From: Sedimentisphaeraceae bacterium JB056
Lineage (GTDB): Bacteria; Planctomycetota; Phycisphaerae; Sedimentisphaerales; Sedimentisphaeraceae
Direction of reading: 5' to 3'
Assembly (NCBI GenBank): GCA_044440125.1
Contig: JBITAJ010000029.1
Coordinates: 96,001 to 160,000 of the forward strand
Length of the DNA stretch: 64,000 nucleotides
The position numbers were made by a program, and so were the translations under genes. This document shows, piece by piece, positions 1 through 10,026 of the stretch (within the stretch, counting starts at the first letter, position 1; each line of letters opens with the position of its first letter). Below the pieces are notes generated by a model that was not told where the DNA came from, did no database searches, and was given only the letters and a program-made list of their open reading frames with translations.

Positions 1-261
1 TCTCTTACTGCTTCAGATATCAAGAAATTCATACCGCACCAGATGAACGCTCGTATTATCGAGTCTGTTGCAAAGCGTATGGATTTTACTGATGAGCAGA
101 TATTCATAAACATTGACAAGATCGGAAATACTTCCGCGGCGTCAATACCGATCGCTCTTGATGAGTGCTATAGAGCCGGAGAAATACAGCCCGGCGATGC
201 GATCGTACTTGTTGCCTTTGGTGCAGGACTTACCTGGGGCGGCAGTGTTATTAGATTTTGA
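1..261 (+). CDS. fabH: 3-oxoacyl-ACP synthase III, C-terminal part (5' end outside window)
   Basis: Frame open from base 1: ...[11 protein letters not shown]...[12 protein letters not shown]...FGAGLTWG, the FabH His/Asn catalytic motifs; upstream of fabD. Confidence 0.93.
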   Translation, partial: SLTASDIKKFIPHQMNARIIESVAKRMDFTDEQIFINIDKIGNTSAASIPIALDECYRAGEIQPGDAIVLVAFGAGLTWGGSVIRF

Positions 262-285
262 TATTAAACTATAAAGCTGAATATT

Positions 286-1221
286 ATGAAAACAGCATAT
301 ATATTTCCAGGTCAGGGTGCGCAGGTAGTCGGTATGGGCAAGGATATTGCTCAGGAGTTTCCTGTTGCGGCCGAGATGTTTAAGAAAGCAGATGAAATTG
401 TCGGTTACGGTTTGAGTGATTTGTGTTTTGAGGGACCTCAGGACAAACTTAATACTACGACTGTTTCTCAGCCGGCCATATTTGCAACCTCAGCGGCTAT
501 CCTTGAAGTATTGAGGACAGAGGCGGGGGATAAGGTAAACGCGGCAGATGTGACTGCCGGCCTTAGCCTTGGCGAATATACGGCACTTTACGCTGCCGGT
601 CTGATGAGTTTTGAGGATGGCTTGAAACTCGTTCAGAAACGCGGCGAAGCTATGCAGGCTGCTGCTGATGAATCAAAGGGTTCTATGGTCAGTATTCTGC
701 GCCTTGATGAAGATAAACTTAACGATCTTATTGCTGAGGCTTCTGAGGGTAAGCTGCTTGTAGCGGCAAACTTCAATTGTCCCGGACAGATCGTGATAAG
801 TGGTGATATTGATGCCTGCTCAAGAGCAGTGGAGCTTGCTGAAAAATATGGAGCGATGAAAGCAATACAGCTGGCAGTTGCCGGTGCTTTCCATAGCGAA
901 TATATGCAGCCTGCCTCTGATGATTTGAAGCTGGCGCTCGATGCAGCGGATATAACGGCTCCGAAGGATACTGCCGTTATAGCAAACATAAACGCTGAAT
1001 ATTACAAAGATGCTGCAGAAGTTCGTGAAGGGTTGTGCAAGCAGCTTACTTCGCCTATACTGTGGCAGAATTGTATGGAAAGACTTATCGCAGAAGGGTG
1101 TGAGAGTTTTTATGAGATAGGTCCGGGACGTGTTTTAACCGGGCTTATGAAAAAGATTAACAGAAAGACTAAAGTTGTGAACCTGAGCACTGCTGATGCG
1201 GTTAAAGCTCTCATAGGTTGA
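286..1221 (+). CDS. fabD: Malonyl-CoA:ACP transacylase
   Basis: FPGQGAQ, GLSLGEY and AGAFHS motifs; fab cluster. Confidence 0.97.
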   Translation: MKTAYIFPGQGAQVVGMGKDIAQEFPVAAEMFKKADEIVGYGLSDLCFEGPQDKLNTTTVSQPAIFATSAAILEVLRTEAGDKVNAADVTAGLSLGEYTALYAAGLMSFEDGLKLVQKRGEAMQAAADESKGSMVSILRLDEDKLNDLIAEASEGKLLVAANFNCPGQIVISGDIDACSRAVELAEKYGAMKAIQLAVAGAFHSEYMQPASDDLKLALDAADITAPKDTAVIANINAEYYKDAAEVREGLCKQLTSPILWQNCMERLIAEGCESFYEIGPGRVLTGLMKKINRKTKVVNLSTADAVKALIG

Positions 1222-1353
1222 TAACGTGTTTAAAAGTTTTGAGGATTGGATCTGAGTTTTACAACGGCGGTTGTCGAAGCAATAAGAAATTCATGATTTC
1301 AAATTCCCTTCCACTAAACTTTAGGTTTGAGAATAACTATTGGAGATGATAGT

Positions 1354-2091
1354 ATGTCAGAAAAGAGATTAGCTGTAGTAACAGGAGCGGCCAGAGGAAT
1401 CGGTCGTGCTATTGTAATGGAACTCCTTAAGCAGGGACGCGTTGTAGCAGGTCTTGATATCAATCAGGACAATCTCAATGAGCTTGAAGCAGTTGTTAAA
1501 GAGGCTGGTTTCAGCGTTATAACAAAGGTTTGTAATATTGCTGATACAAAGCAGCTTACCGAGGTTCTTGAGGGTCTTGCTTCAGAGCATGGCGGTGTTG
1601 GAATACTTGTTAATAATGCAGGTGTTACCAAAGATAAGCTCATGATGCAGATGGATGAAGAAGATTATGATTTCCCAATGAATGTGAACCTTAAGGCGTC
1701 TTTCATGGCGACTAAGATTGTTCTTCGTTCAATGTTAAGAAATAAATTCGGTCGTATCGTTAATATCAGTTCTGTTGCCGGTGTAATGGGGCAGGCAGGT
1801 TCTGCTAACTATGCGGCAAGTAAGTCTGGCCTTATCGGTATGTCAAAGTCAGTTGCTCGTGAGGTTGGCAAGAAGAATATCACTATCAATTGTATAGCAC
1901 CTGGGTTCATTGAAACCGAGATGACAAAAGTACTTCCAGAGCCTGTGAAAGCAGCGGCTAAGGCAGTTATTCCTATGAGAAAATACGGACAGCCTGAGGA
2001 TGTTGCACGTGCGGTAGCTTATCTGGCATCAGATGAGTCAGGTTACGTTACCGGACAGGTTCTCTGTGTTGACGGCGGAATGGCTATGTAA
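1354..2091 (+). CDS. fabG: 3-oxoacyl-ACP reductase
   Basis: SDR motifs TGAARGIG, NNAG, YAASK; ATG at 1354 after a GGAG RBS. Confidence 0.95.
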   Translation: MSEKRLAVVTGAARGIGRAIVMELLKQGRVVAGLDINQDNLNELEAVVKEAGFSVITKVCNIADTKQLTEVLEGLASEHGGVGILVNNAGVTKDKLMMQMDEEDYDFPMNVNLKASFMATKIVLRSMLRNKFGRIVNISSVAGVMGQAGSANYAASKSGLIGMSKSVAREVGKKNITINCIAPGFIETEMTKVLPEPVKAAAKAVIPMRKYGQPEDVARAVAYLASDESGYVTGQVLCVDGGMAM

Positions 2092-2241
2092 TTTTGTTTG
2101 CTGAATTCTTGGCGGAATTTGTCTCAAATATGCTGATAAAATGCTTTAAGTTGTTTAATAAGTGATTTTTAGGTTGATTTTTGAAGTATTTATGTAGATA
2201 ATCGTCATAATTCCAAAATAGCAAAAAAAATAAAAATTATA

Positions 2242-2269
2242 TTGATATTTTGTTAAGGGTGGGTATATT
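2242..2269 (+). promoter_or_regulatory. Possible sigma70 promoter for acpP-fabF
   Basis: TTGATA-N16-TATATT in AT-rich intergenic DNA. Confidence 0.4.
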
Positions 2270-2434
2270 ACCGCCCGCAAGTGTATAAGAATGAGGCCCG
2301 AGGCAAGAGATGATTTACCGTTTTATATAGTCGGTTTTTCTATTTACTCTTGGTAGAGGCATTAAGAGTATAAAGTCTTATTGTTAAACAAAAAATGTAG
2401 ATAATTTGTAATCTGATTACAGGAGAATAAAATT

Positions 2435-2677
2435 ATGGACCGTCAAGAAGTACTTGAAAAGGTAATTGAAATCGTAAGTGAGCAAATGGGTGTTGACGCT
2501 GCAGAAATATCTGCTGATACATCTTTCATCAATGACCTCAATGCCGATTCACTTGATACAGTTGAACTCGTCATGGAGTTTGAAGATGCATTCGATATGA
2601 GCATCCCTGATGAGGAAGCTGAAAAGATCCAGACCGTGGGTGCAGCGGTTGATTACATCATGAAGATATCTGAATAA
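2435..2677 (+). CDS. acpP: Acyl carrier protein
   Basis: [14 protein letters not shown] phosphopantetheine site; AGGAG RBS. Confidence 0.97.
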   Translation: MDRQEVLEKVIEIVSEQMGVDAAEISADTSFINDLNADSLDTVELVMEFEDAFDMSIPDEEAEKIQTVGAAVDYIMKISE

Positions 2678-2708
2678 TCGAGTTACAATCAGCCAAACTG
2701 AAATTATT

Positions 2709-3962
2709 ATGAACAAACGTAGAGTTGTTATTACAGGTTTAGGGTGCGTTACTGCTTTAGGGCAGAATGTCGATGATCTTTTCTCCGCTCTTTGCGAAGG
2801 CAAGAGTGGTGTGTCAAATATCGAGAGCTTTGACACCTCAGAGTATCCGGTTCATTTCGGTGGAGAGGTTAAGAGTTTCGATCTTGACAAATATATAGAT
2901 TATCGGGAAAGCAAGAGGCTTGACAGGTTTTCTCAGTTTGCGAGTGTTTCAGCGATCAAAGCGTTGGAAGACAGCGGACTTGAGTTGTCTGACGAGCAAA
3001 CTGCTAACCGCACCGGAGTTATTATTGGGTCGGGAATTGGCGGCCTCAAAGAAATAGAAGAGCAGCATGCCAGGCTCCTTGAGAAGGGTCCCCGAAAGGT
3101 TTCTCCTTTCTGTGTACCTAAGCTGATGGCTAACGCAGCAAGCGGCAGTGTTTCTATCGCTATTGGTGCTAAAGGCCCTAATATGTGTGTAGTAACGGCT
3201 TGTGCTTCTTCTGCTCATGCTCTTGGTGAAGCGTATAATTATATCGCTCACGGCAGGGCCGAGGCAATGATTGCCGGAGGAGCTGAAGCAGCTCTTACAC
3301 CGATAGGACTTGCATCATTCTGTGCTCTCAAGTCTTTGAGTACACGCAACCATGATATTACAGCAGCTTCACGTCCGTTTGATATTGACCGTGATGGTTT
3401 TGTACTTTCTGAAGGTGCGGCTGTTTTAGTGCTTGAAGAATACGAGCATGCTGTAAAACGCGGTGCGAGAATATATGCAGAGTTTCTTGGTTATGGCGCA
3501 ACGGGTGATGCACACCACATTACTGCACCTCTTCCTGATGGAAAAGGCGCGGCAAGAGGGCTCAAAGCTGCTCTTGAAGATGCCGGTGTCAATCCTGAAG
3601 ACGTCAGCTATATCAATGCTCATGGTACAAGCACACAGCTTAATGATATTGCAGAAACAATGGCTATTAAGTCGGTTCTTGGACAGTATGCTCCAGACGC
3701 CGCTATAAGCTCAACAAAGAGTTGTCTTGGACATCTTCTTGGTGCCAGTGGTTCGGTTGAACTCGCTGTATGTGCGAAAGCTATTCAGACATCAACGATA
3801 CCGCTTACTGCAAACACAACAAAGATAGACGAAAAGTGTGGGCCTGAACTTGATCATGTGATCAAAGAATCCCGCAATCAGGAAGTCAAAGTAGCAGTGA
3901 GTAATTCGCTGGGCTTTGGCGGTCATAATTGCAGTTTGGTTATAGGAAAACTCGACAGATAA
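2709..3962 (+). CDS. fabF: 3-oxoacyl-ACP synthase II
   Basis: RRVVITGLG, TACASS, HGTST, GHLLGA, NSLGFGGHN. Confidence 0.97.
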   Translation: MNKRRVVITGLGCVTALGQNVDDLFSALCEGKSGVSNIESFDTSEYPVHFGGEVKSFDLDKYIDYRESKRLDRFSQFASVSAIKALEDSGLELSDEQTANRTGVIIGSGIGGLKEIEEQHARLLEKGPRKVSPFCVPKLMANAASGSVSIAIGAKGPNMCVVTACASSAHALGEAYNYIAHGRAEAMIAGGAEAALTPIGLASFCALKSLSTRNHDITAASRPFDIDRDGFVLSEGAAVLVLEEYEHAVKRGARIYAEFLGYGATGDAHHITAPLPDGKGAARGLKAALEDAGVNPEDVSYINAHGTSTQLNDIAETMAIKSVLGQYAPDAAISSTKSCLGHLLGASGSVELAVCAKAIQTSTIPLTANTTKIDEKCGPELDHVIKESRNQEVKVAVSNSLGFGGHNCSLVIGKLDR

Positions 3963-3986
3963 TTCTGGATTCCTAAAAGAAATTTC

Positions 3987-4024
3987 AAAACCCCGGTGAT
4001 ATTTAGTATCATCGGGGTTTTTTC
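3987..4024 (+). terminator. Intrinsic terminator after fabF
   Basis: AAAACCCCGGTGATA-loop-TATCATCGGGGTTTT followed by a T-tract. Confidence 0.8.
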
Positions 4025-4251
4025 GTTTTTAAAAATAATGCAATTATTTTGTAGAAAAAATAAAAAAGCTTTGATTGTTTTGTTTCTAAATGATATTATT
4101 GTTTACTTGGAGTTTGTTGAGTATATGTGCGTCCTTGATTTTAGAATACATCTCTGTCATATTGTGTGGGTTTATATATTTCAACAACGATGGAAATATT
4201 TAAATTTTGCCGATTCAAAACCGGTTTGTTCAGAGTTGAGGAGTATAGGAA

Positions 4252-7053
4252 ATGAACTCAAAGAGGTTTGGATTTGTTTTAGCTGCCGCATTGTTTTTAT
4301 TATTCGTAAGATCTGAAGTTTGTGCTGATCTTATCTACAACAATTCGTCAACATCGTATTACTATTTTGAGGCGGATAGATATGTTGAGTATCTTGATTA
4401 CGGCCGCAGTCAGGGCGGGCAGGTAACTTCTTTCACTATAGGCTATTATGCCGATAACTCCAACACTGTCTCAGCACGCGTTCGCTTTTACAAATATACT
4501 GATAGTTATAACATCCCCGGTACCCATGTAAGGACGCTGACACTGAGTATGCCGGGTGTCGCCCAGGGAGGTGTAACTACTTATACTCACACTGTTCCTG
4601 AAATAAGTAAATTCAGTTTGCCTTCCGGCGATTTTGGGTATTCTCTTGAGTTTCTCAGCTACAATGGAGAACCGTTGCTTGCCCACGGAGGAGAGGGTAA
4701 CGAAAACGTCCTGATGTACTTTGATGATTTTCTCGATATATGGCGGGGAACATATTTCAGCGATCAGGGTGTTCCCTGGGCTGGTCTATATATGAAGATA
4801 TACGCGCAAGAACCGGCCGTGTGTGATTTTTCTGGCTATGTGTATGAGGATGTTAACGAAGATGGACAAAAAGATTCTGGCGACAATCCATTGCAGGGCT
4901 GGCAAATATTTGCCGATTATGATGGTGACAGGCAGCTCGATAGTAACGAGCCATATGACTTGTCAGCTTCTGACGGCAGTTATGACCTGAGAGATGTTGA
5001 AATTGATTCGTTTGATGCTATTTGTCAGGTTACCAAAACCGGCTTCAAGCCTGTTAATCCAGAAAGCGGTTTTTATCAGATATGGGTTTCTGAAAACGGC
5101 AGCTATACACTGGATTTTGGCAACAAAGAGGTTGGTATGGCTGATATATGCGGCTATAAGTTTGAGGATGTTGATGCTGATGGGATATGGGATGATGGGG
5201 AGCCTACTCTGCCGGGTTGGATGATATTCCTTGATACAAATGATGATGGTGTGTGGCAGTCAGGTGAGCCGAACGCTGTTACCGATCCTAACGGTTTCTA
5301 TGAGTTTGTCGATATAGAGGCTCCGGCAAGTTATACGATAACCGAACAAATGCAGGATGGCTGGCGTCAGACATTCCCCGGAGGCACAGAAACCTATGAG
5401 GTTGCAGTAGAACCGAATGATTTACTCTGTGATTACGATTTTGGAAACACAACCGAGCCTGAAGATTTATATGTTACGATTTCCGGCAGGGTTACTCTCT
5501 CTGATGGCAGAGGGCTTGAAGGGGTTAGGGTAATCGCTACAGATACTTATCTTGTTGTTGTACCTCAAAGTACCTATCAAATAAGTTTCGGGTACTATGA
5601 AAGTGTCTTGTCAGATGAGAATGGTTATTATCAGTTGTCAGCCCCATTCAATAGCTCATGTTTAATAACTGCAAAAAAAAGCGGATGGCAGTTTATGGGT
5701 ACTGGTCTCTTTCCAAATATAACGACCAATCTGACAGTAAATATCGATGTATATTGGCCATATAGTGGTGGGCTGGGTACTGAAGTCTCACCCTGCAATA
5801 TCGCAAATCCATCTGACTTACAAGCAATTGGTGAGCACCCCGAAGACTGGTCTAAGCATTTTGTTCTTACTGCTGACATCAATATGTCGGGATATAGTTT
5901 CTCCCAGGCATTAGTCGCTCCGGATACGGAACCGAGTTTAGGCACCCATCAAGGGCCGCGATTTAACGGCATACTCAATGGCAATGGTCATGTTATCTCA
6001 AATCTTAAAATACATTCACCGAGTAATGATGCCAAAGATTGTATAGCTTTATTTGGGGGAATAGATGAAGATTGCCAGATATCTAATTTGGGTTTGGTTG
6101 ACGTTGATATTGCAGGTATTTATTATCAGGGATGGTGGTCTGATTATGTGGCGGCATTGTGTGCAAGTAATCATGGAGGAATAATCGATAATTGTTACGT
6201 TACGGGAAAGATTAAAGGTTATGCTTATGTTGGCGGCATATGTGCAAGCAACTACGATGGGACAATATCGAATTCTTTTGTAAATGCTGTTGTTCAGGCA
6301 TCAGAATGGTCAGGCAGTGTCTGCGGCTATATAAATAATGGCGTGATCAATAATTGTTATGCGAAGGGATCATTTACCGGTGGAAGCGATGTTGGCGGAG
6401 TATGCGGTTATGCTCTGGCAAGCGATATATCAAATTGTTATTCAGCGGTAACTATAACTGGAAATGAAAATGTTGGTGCTGTTTGCGGATTCAGTAATTC
6501 TACAATTTTAGATTGTTTCTGGGATAGCCAAATTTGTCAAGTCACTTATAGTGCCGGTGGTACTTCTCTTACTACCGAGCAGATGCACAATATGGATAAT
6601 TTCATAAATGCCGGTTGGGATTTTGAGAATACGTGGCGGATGTGTGACGGGTTTAACTATCCTCGTTTGCAGTGGGAAGAAAAGATAACCGGTGATATCG
6701 TGTGTCCTGACGGCGTGGGTATGGAAGATTTCTATCAGCTTGCCGCACAGTGGCAGATGACTAAGCTCAGCGGGGATTTCCATTCTGATGGTATTGTTGA
6801 TCTTGATGATTGGTGTATGCTTTCTTCTGCCTGGAATACAGGGCTTGGGGAGGCGGATTATGAGCAGGGATGCGATATTTCGGTGCAGGGCGGCAATGGT
6901 ATCATAGATGTTGATGACCTTGCTGTTTTTTCTGGCCAATGGCTCAATGAGGGGCTTTATTCTGCCGATATTTATCCTGAAAGCGGCGATGATGTTGTAA
7001 ATAATGGTGATCTCAATGCCATTATTGTTAACTGGCTTGCTGGGAGGGAGTAG
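4252..7053 (+). CDS. Large secreted/surface protein: signal peptide, two SdrD-B-like repeats, GLUG-like region, C-terminal dockerin-like Ca-binding repeats
   Basis: N-terminal signal peptide; repeated GYxxEDxxxDG..D.G...L.GW.IF.D...D units; VGG(I/V)C repeats; four GD/AD...D..D...W units at the C-terminus. Confidence 0.8.
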   Translation: MNSKRFGFVLAAALFLLFVRSEVCADLIYNNSSTSYYYFEADRYVEYLDYGRSQGGQVTSFTIGYYADNSNTVSARVRFYKYTDSYNIPGTHVRTLTLSMPGVAQGGVTTYTHTVPEISKFSLPSGDFGYSLEFLSYNGEPLLAHGGEGNENVLMYFDDFLDIWRGTYFSDQGVPWAGLYMKIYAQEPAVCDFSGYVYEDVNEDGQKDSGDNPLQGWQIFADYDGDRQLDSNEPYDLSASDGSYDLRDVEIDSFDAICQVTKTGFKPVNPESGFYQIWVSENGSYTLDFGNKEVGMADICGYKFEDVDADGIWDDGEPTLPGWMIFLDTNDDGVWQSGEPNAVTDPNGFYEFVDIEAPASYTITEQMQDGWRQTFPGGTETYEVAVEPNDLLCDYDFGNTTEPEDLYVTISGRVTLSDGRGLEGVRVIATDTYLVVVPQSTYQISFGYYESVLSDENGYYQLSAPFNSSCLITAKKSGWQFMGTGLFPNITTNLTVNIDVYWPYSGGLGTEVSPCNIANPSDLQAIGEHPEDWSKHFVLTADINMSGYSFSQALVAPDTEPSLGTHQGPRFNGILNGNGHVISNLKIHSPSNDAKDCIALFGGIDEDCQISNLGLVDVDIAGIYYQGWWSDYVAALCASNHGGIIDNCYVTGKIKGYAYVGGICASNYDGTISNSFVNAVVQASEWSGSVCGYINNGVINNCYAKGSFTGGSDVGGVCGYALASDISNCYSAVTITGNENVGAVCGFSNSTILDCFWDSQICQVTYSAGGTSLTTEQMHNMDNFINAGWDFENTWRMCDGFNYPRLQWEEKITGDIVCPDGVGMEDFYQLAAQWQMTKLSGDFHSDGIVDLDDWCMLSSAWNTGLGEADYEQGCDISVQGGNGIIDVDDLAVFSGQWLNEGLYSADIYPESGDDVVNNGDLNAIIVNWLAGRE

Positions 7054-7322
7054 CCGCTTACAAAAAATGAATAATTCCACCTGATTTATCGTCTTGATTG
7101 ATTCGGAACGAACTTGCCTGAGAATCTTTCGGTTCGTCAAAATATCCTTGATATTTGGCGTTTGTTCTGTATTATGAGGACTTTGGATTCCCGTTTCGAT
7201 TTTAATAATTGTAACCGTTGTCGCGTTTACCGAAGATATTGCAATTTTATGCATCAATACCAGATTCACAGTGGCGGTGACGGCGTTTACTAATGATTAT
7301 AGACCTCAATGGTAAAGGTAAA

Positions 7323-10025
7323 ATGTTAAGCGCAAAAGAAATCAGGTCGGCATTTATCAATTTTTTCAAGGATAAAGGCCATACTTTCGTGCCAAGTGCA
7401 CCGGTCGTACCTAATGATGACCCTACTCTGCTGTTTACTAACGCAGGAATGAATCAGTTCAAGGATATTTTTCTTGGGCTTAAGGCTAAGAGCTGCAATA
7501 GTGCCGCAAACAGCCAGAAATGTATTCGTGTCAGCGGCAAGCATAACGATCTTGAGGAAGTGGGTGTAGATACATACCATCATACGTTCTTTGAGATGCT
7601 TGGTAATTGGTCGTTTGATGACTACTTCAAGGAAGAAGCTATCAAATGGGCCTGGGAACTTCTTGTTGATGTCTACAAGATTGATGCAGAGAAACTTTAT
7701 GTTACCGTTTTTGCCGGTGATGTTCAGGATGGCAGCGAGTACGATAAAGAGGCCGCTGAGATGTGGCCGCGTGTTACCGGAATTTCTCCTGATAAAGTAC
7801 TTGCTTTTGGCAAGAAAGACAACTTCTGGGAAATGGGCGATACAGGACCTTGCGGCCCATGTAGCGAGATTCATATAGATCTTGGTCCCGATGCTTGCGA
7901 CAGGAAGGGTGTTAAGGGGCATGAGTGCGGCGTTAACGGCGATTGCGGCCGTTATATTGAACTGTGGAACCTTGTTTTTGTTCAGTATAATCGTACGAAT
8001 GATGGTACGCTTGTTCCGCTCAGTGCCAGATACATAGATACCGGTGCGGGTCTTGAGAGGCTCACCGCCGTACTTCAGAATAAGCCGAGTAACTATGATA
8101 CCGATTTATTTATGCCTATAATCAGTGCTATTTCGAATATGGCCGGCATTGAATATACGAGAGCACTTGACGGCAAGACAGATATTGCGATGCGTGTTAT
8201 TGCCGATCATATACGTACGCTGACATTCGCTATAACTGACGGTGCTACTCCGGGTAATGATGGACGCGGTTATGTGCTTCGTCGTATTTTAAGACGTGCA
8301 GCAAGATTTGGCCGTGTTCTTGATATGAACGAGCCGTTCATGTATAAGCTTGTTGATGTTGTTTGTGATGTAATGGGAGAAGCATTTCCTGAAGTTCTTC
8401 AAAGAAAAGATTTCGTTAAAACAGTTGTAGAGTCAGAAGAAAAGAGTTTCGGACGTACTCTCGACAGAGGACTTGAAATATTCAATGCTGCCGCAGAAAA
8501 AGCAGAGAACTCTACTATTTCAGGCGAAGCAGCGTTTCAGCTTTATGATACCTACGGTTTCCCGCTTGATCTTACAGAGCTTATGGCACGTGAAAACGGC
8601 CTGAAGGTTGATACTGATGGTTTCGATAAGCTTATGGAAGAGCAAAGAGCCAGAGCCAGAGCAGCTCAGAAAAATACTGGTATCATGTCTAATCTTAATG
8701 GCGTTGATCTGCCGGCTACAGACGATGATTACAAATATACAAGTACTACCATTGAAACTAAGATAGTAGCTTTTGTTGATAAAGACGGTTATAAGACATC
8801 GGGCAGTTTGTCTTCAGATGCTGAATGTGCGGTGATTTTGGATAAAACCTGTTTCTATGCAGAGTCGGGCGGTCAGGCCGGTGATTCTGGTGTTTTACAG
8901 GCTAATGACGGCAGCTTCAGGGTTAGCCGTACTGAGAAGCTTGGTGACTGTGTACTGCATTATGGTGTTTTAGAGCAGGGTAAGCTGAGTGTTGATGACT
9001 CAGTTGCCGCGGCTGTATCAGCAGAGAGGTTTGCCAGTGCCAAGAACCATACCGCAACGCATTTGCTGCAGTGGGCATTGCAGAAAGTCATAGGTGAAGG
9101 TGTTGCGCAGCAGGGCAGCCAGGTTTGTGCTGATTATCTCAGATTTGATTTTACCTGTCCGAAAGCACTTACAAATGAGCAGATTAAAGAGGTTGAAGAC
9201 CTTGTTAATGCAAAGATAAATGCAGGTGAGCCCGTTCACTGCGAAGTGATGAATATTGAAGATGCCAAGAAACTTGGTGCCATGGCATTGTTTGGCGAAA
9301 AATACGGCAATGAAGTCCGTGTTGTTGCGATTGGAGCTAATGGGACTGATGGCGTTGCCGATGCATTCAGCAAGGAATTCTGCGGCGGAACTCACGTTCA
9401 GCGTACCGGCATGATAGGCGGCTTCAAGATCATAAAAGAAGAAAGCATATCTGCGGGTGTTAGAAGGATTACTGCACTTACAGGCTCCGCTCTGATTGAT
9501 TACCTGAGAAACAAGAGCGATATTCTCGATCAGGTTGCTGTAATGCTTAAAGTGGCTCCAGATCAGGCGGCAGAGCGTATTAATAAGCTTCTTGAAGATA
9601 ATAAAGCACTTAACAAGCAGCTCAAGGATGCCCACAAGAAGGGCGGCTCAGATATTATGGTTGCCGCGAGCGGTTTGCTCAATGACGCGGCATCCAAAGA
9701 CGGTGTTGCAATTGTTGCAGGCATCGTACCTGATTCACCTGTGGAGCAGCTTCGCGGAGCTATGGATATGCTCAAAAAGAAGGCTCAAAGTGCTGTGATC
9801 GTACTTGGATGCAAGAGTGATGATAAAGCAATGCTGCTTGCAGGTGTTACTGATGATGTGGTCAAGAAAGGCGTTAAGGCCGGCGATATAATCAAGCAGA
9901 TTGCTCCGATTGTTGACGGCAGAGGCGGCGGAAAACCGCAAATGGCACAGGCAGGTGGAAAAGCACCTGAGAAACTGACTGAATGTATCGAAAAAGCCAA
10001 ACAGATAATCAGCGAAATGCTTTAA
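7323..10025 (+). CDS. alaS: Alanine--tRNA ligase
   Basis: DPTLLFTNAGMNQFK, HHTFFEMLGNWSF, NHTATHLL and CGGTH editing motifs, GRGGGKP C-terminus. Confidence 0.98.
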   Translation: MLSAKEIRSAFINFFKDKGHTFVPSAPVVPNDDPTLLFTNAGMNQFKDIFLGLKAKSCNSAANSQKCIRVSGKHNDLEEVGVDTYHHTFFEMLGNWSFDDYFKEEAIKWAWELLVDVYKIDAEKLYVTVFAGDVQDGSEYDKEAAEMWPRVTGISPDKVLAFGKKDNFWEMGDTGPCGPCSEIHIDLGPDACDRKGVKGHECGVNGDCGRYIELWNLVFVQYNRTNDGTLVPLSARYIDTGAGLERLTAVLQNKPSNYDTDLFMPIISAISNMAGIEYTRALDGKTDIAMRVIADHIRTLTFAITDGATPGNDGRGYVLRRILRRAARFGRVLDMNEPFMYKLVDVVCDVMGEAFPEVLQRKDFVKTVVESEEKSFGRTLDRGLEIFNAAAEKAENSTISGEAAFQLYDTYGFPLDLTELMARENGLKVDTDGFDKLMEEQRARARAAQKNTGIMSNLNGVDLPATDDDYKYTSTTIETKIVAFVDKDGYKTSGSLSSDAECAVILDKTCFYAESGGQAGDSGVLQANDGSFRVSRTEKLGDCVLHYGVLEQGKLSVDDSVAAAVSAERFASAKNHTATHLLQWALQKVIGEGVAQQGSQVCADYLRFDFTCPKALTNEQIKEVEDLVNAKINAGEPVHCEVMNIEDAKKLGAMALFGEKYGNEVRVVAIGANGTDGVADAFSKEFCGGTHVQRTGMIGGFKIIKEESISAGVRRITALTGSALIDYLRNKSDILDQVAVMLKVAPDQAAERINKLLEDNKALNKQLKDAHKKGGSDIMVAASGLLNDAASKDGVAIVAGIVPDSPVEQLRGAMDMLKKKAQSAVIVLGCKSDDKAMLLAGVTDDVVKKGVKAGDIIKQIAPIVDGRGGGKPQMAQAGGKAPEKLTECIEKAKQIISEML

Positions 10026-10026
10026 T

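Noticed and set aside
3996..4316. 106-aa ORF after fabF
   Set aside because: Starts inside a terminator, spans AT-rich promoter DNA and overlaps the next gene out of frame
6508..7269. 253-aa minus-strand ORF
   Set aside because: Mostly antisense to the surface protein; Ile-rich shadow composition with no motifs
7215..7283. T-box or leader RNA upstream of alaS
   Set aside because: Only a 10-bp stem with three G-U pairs; no T-box consensus or terminator
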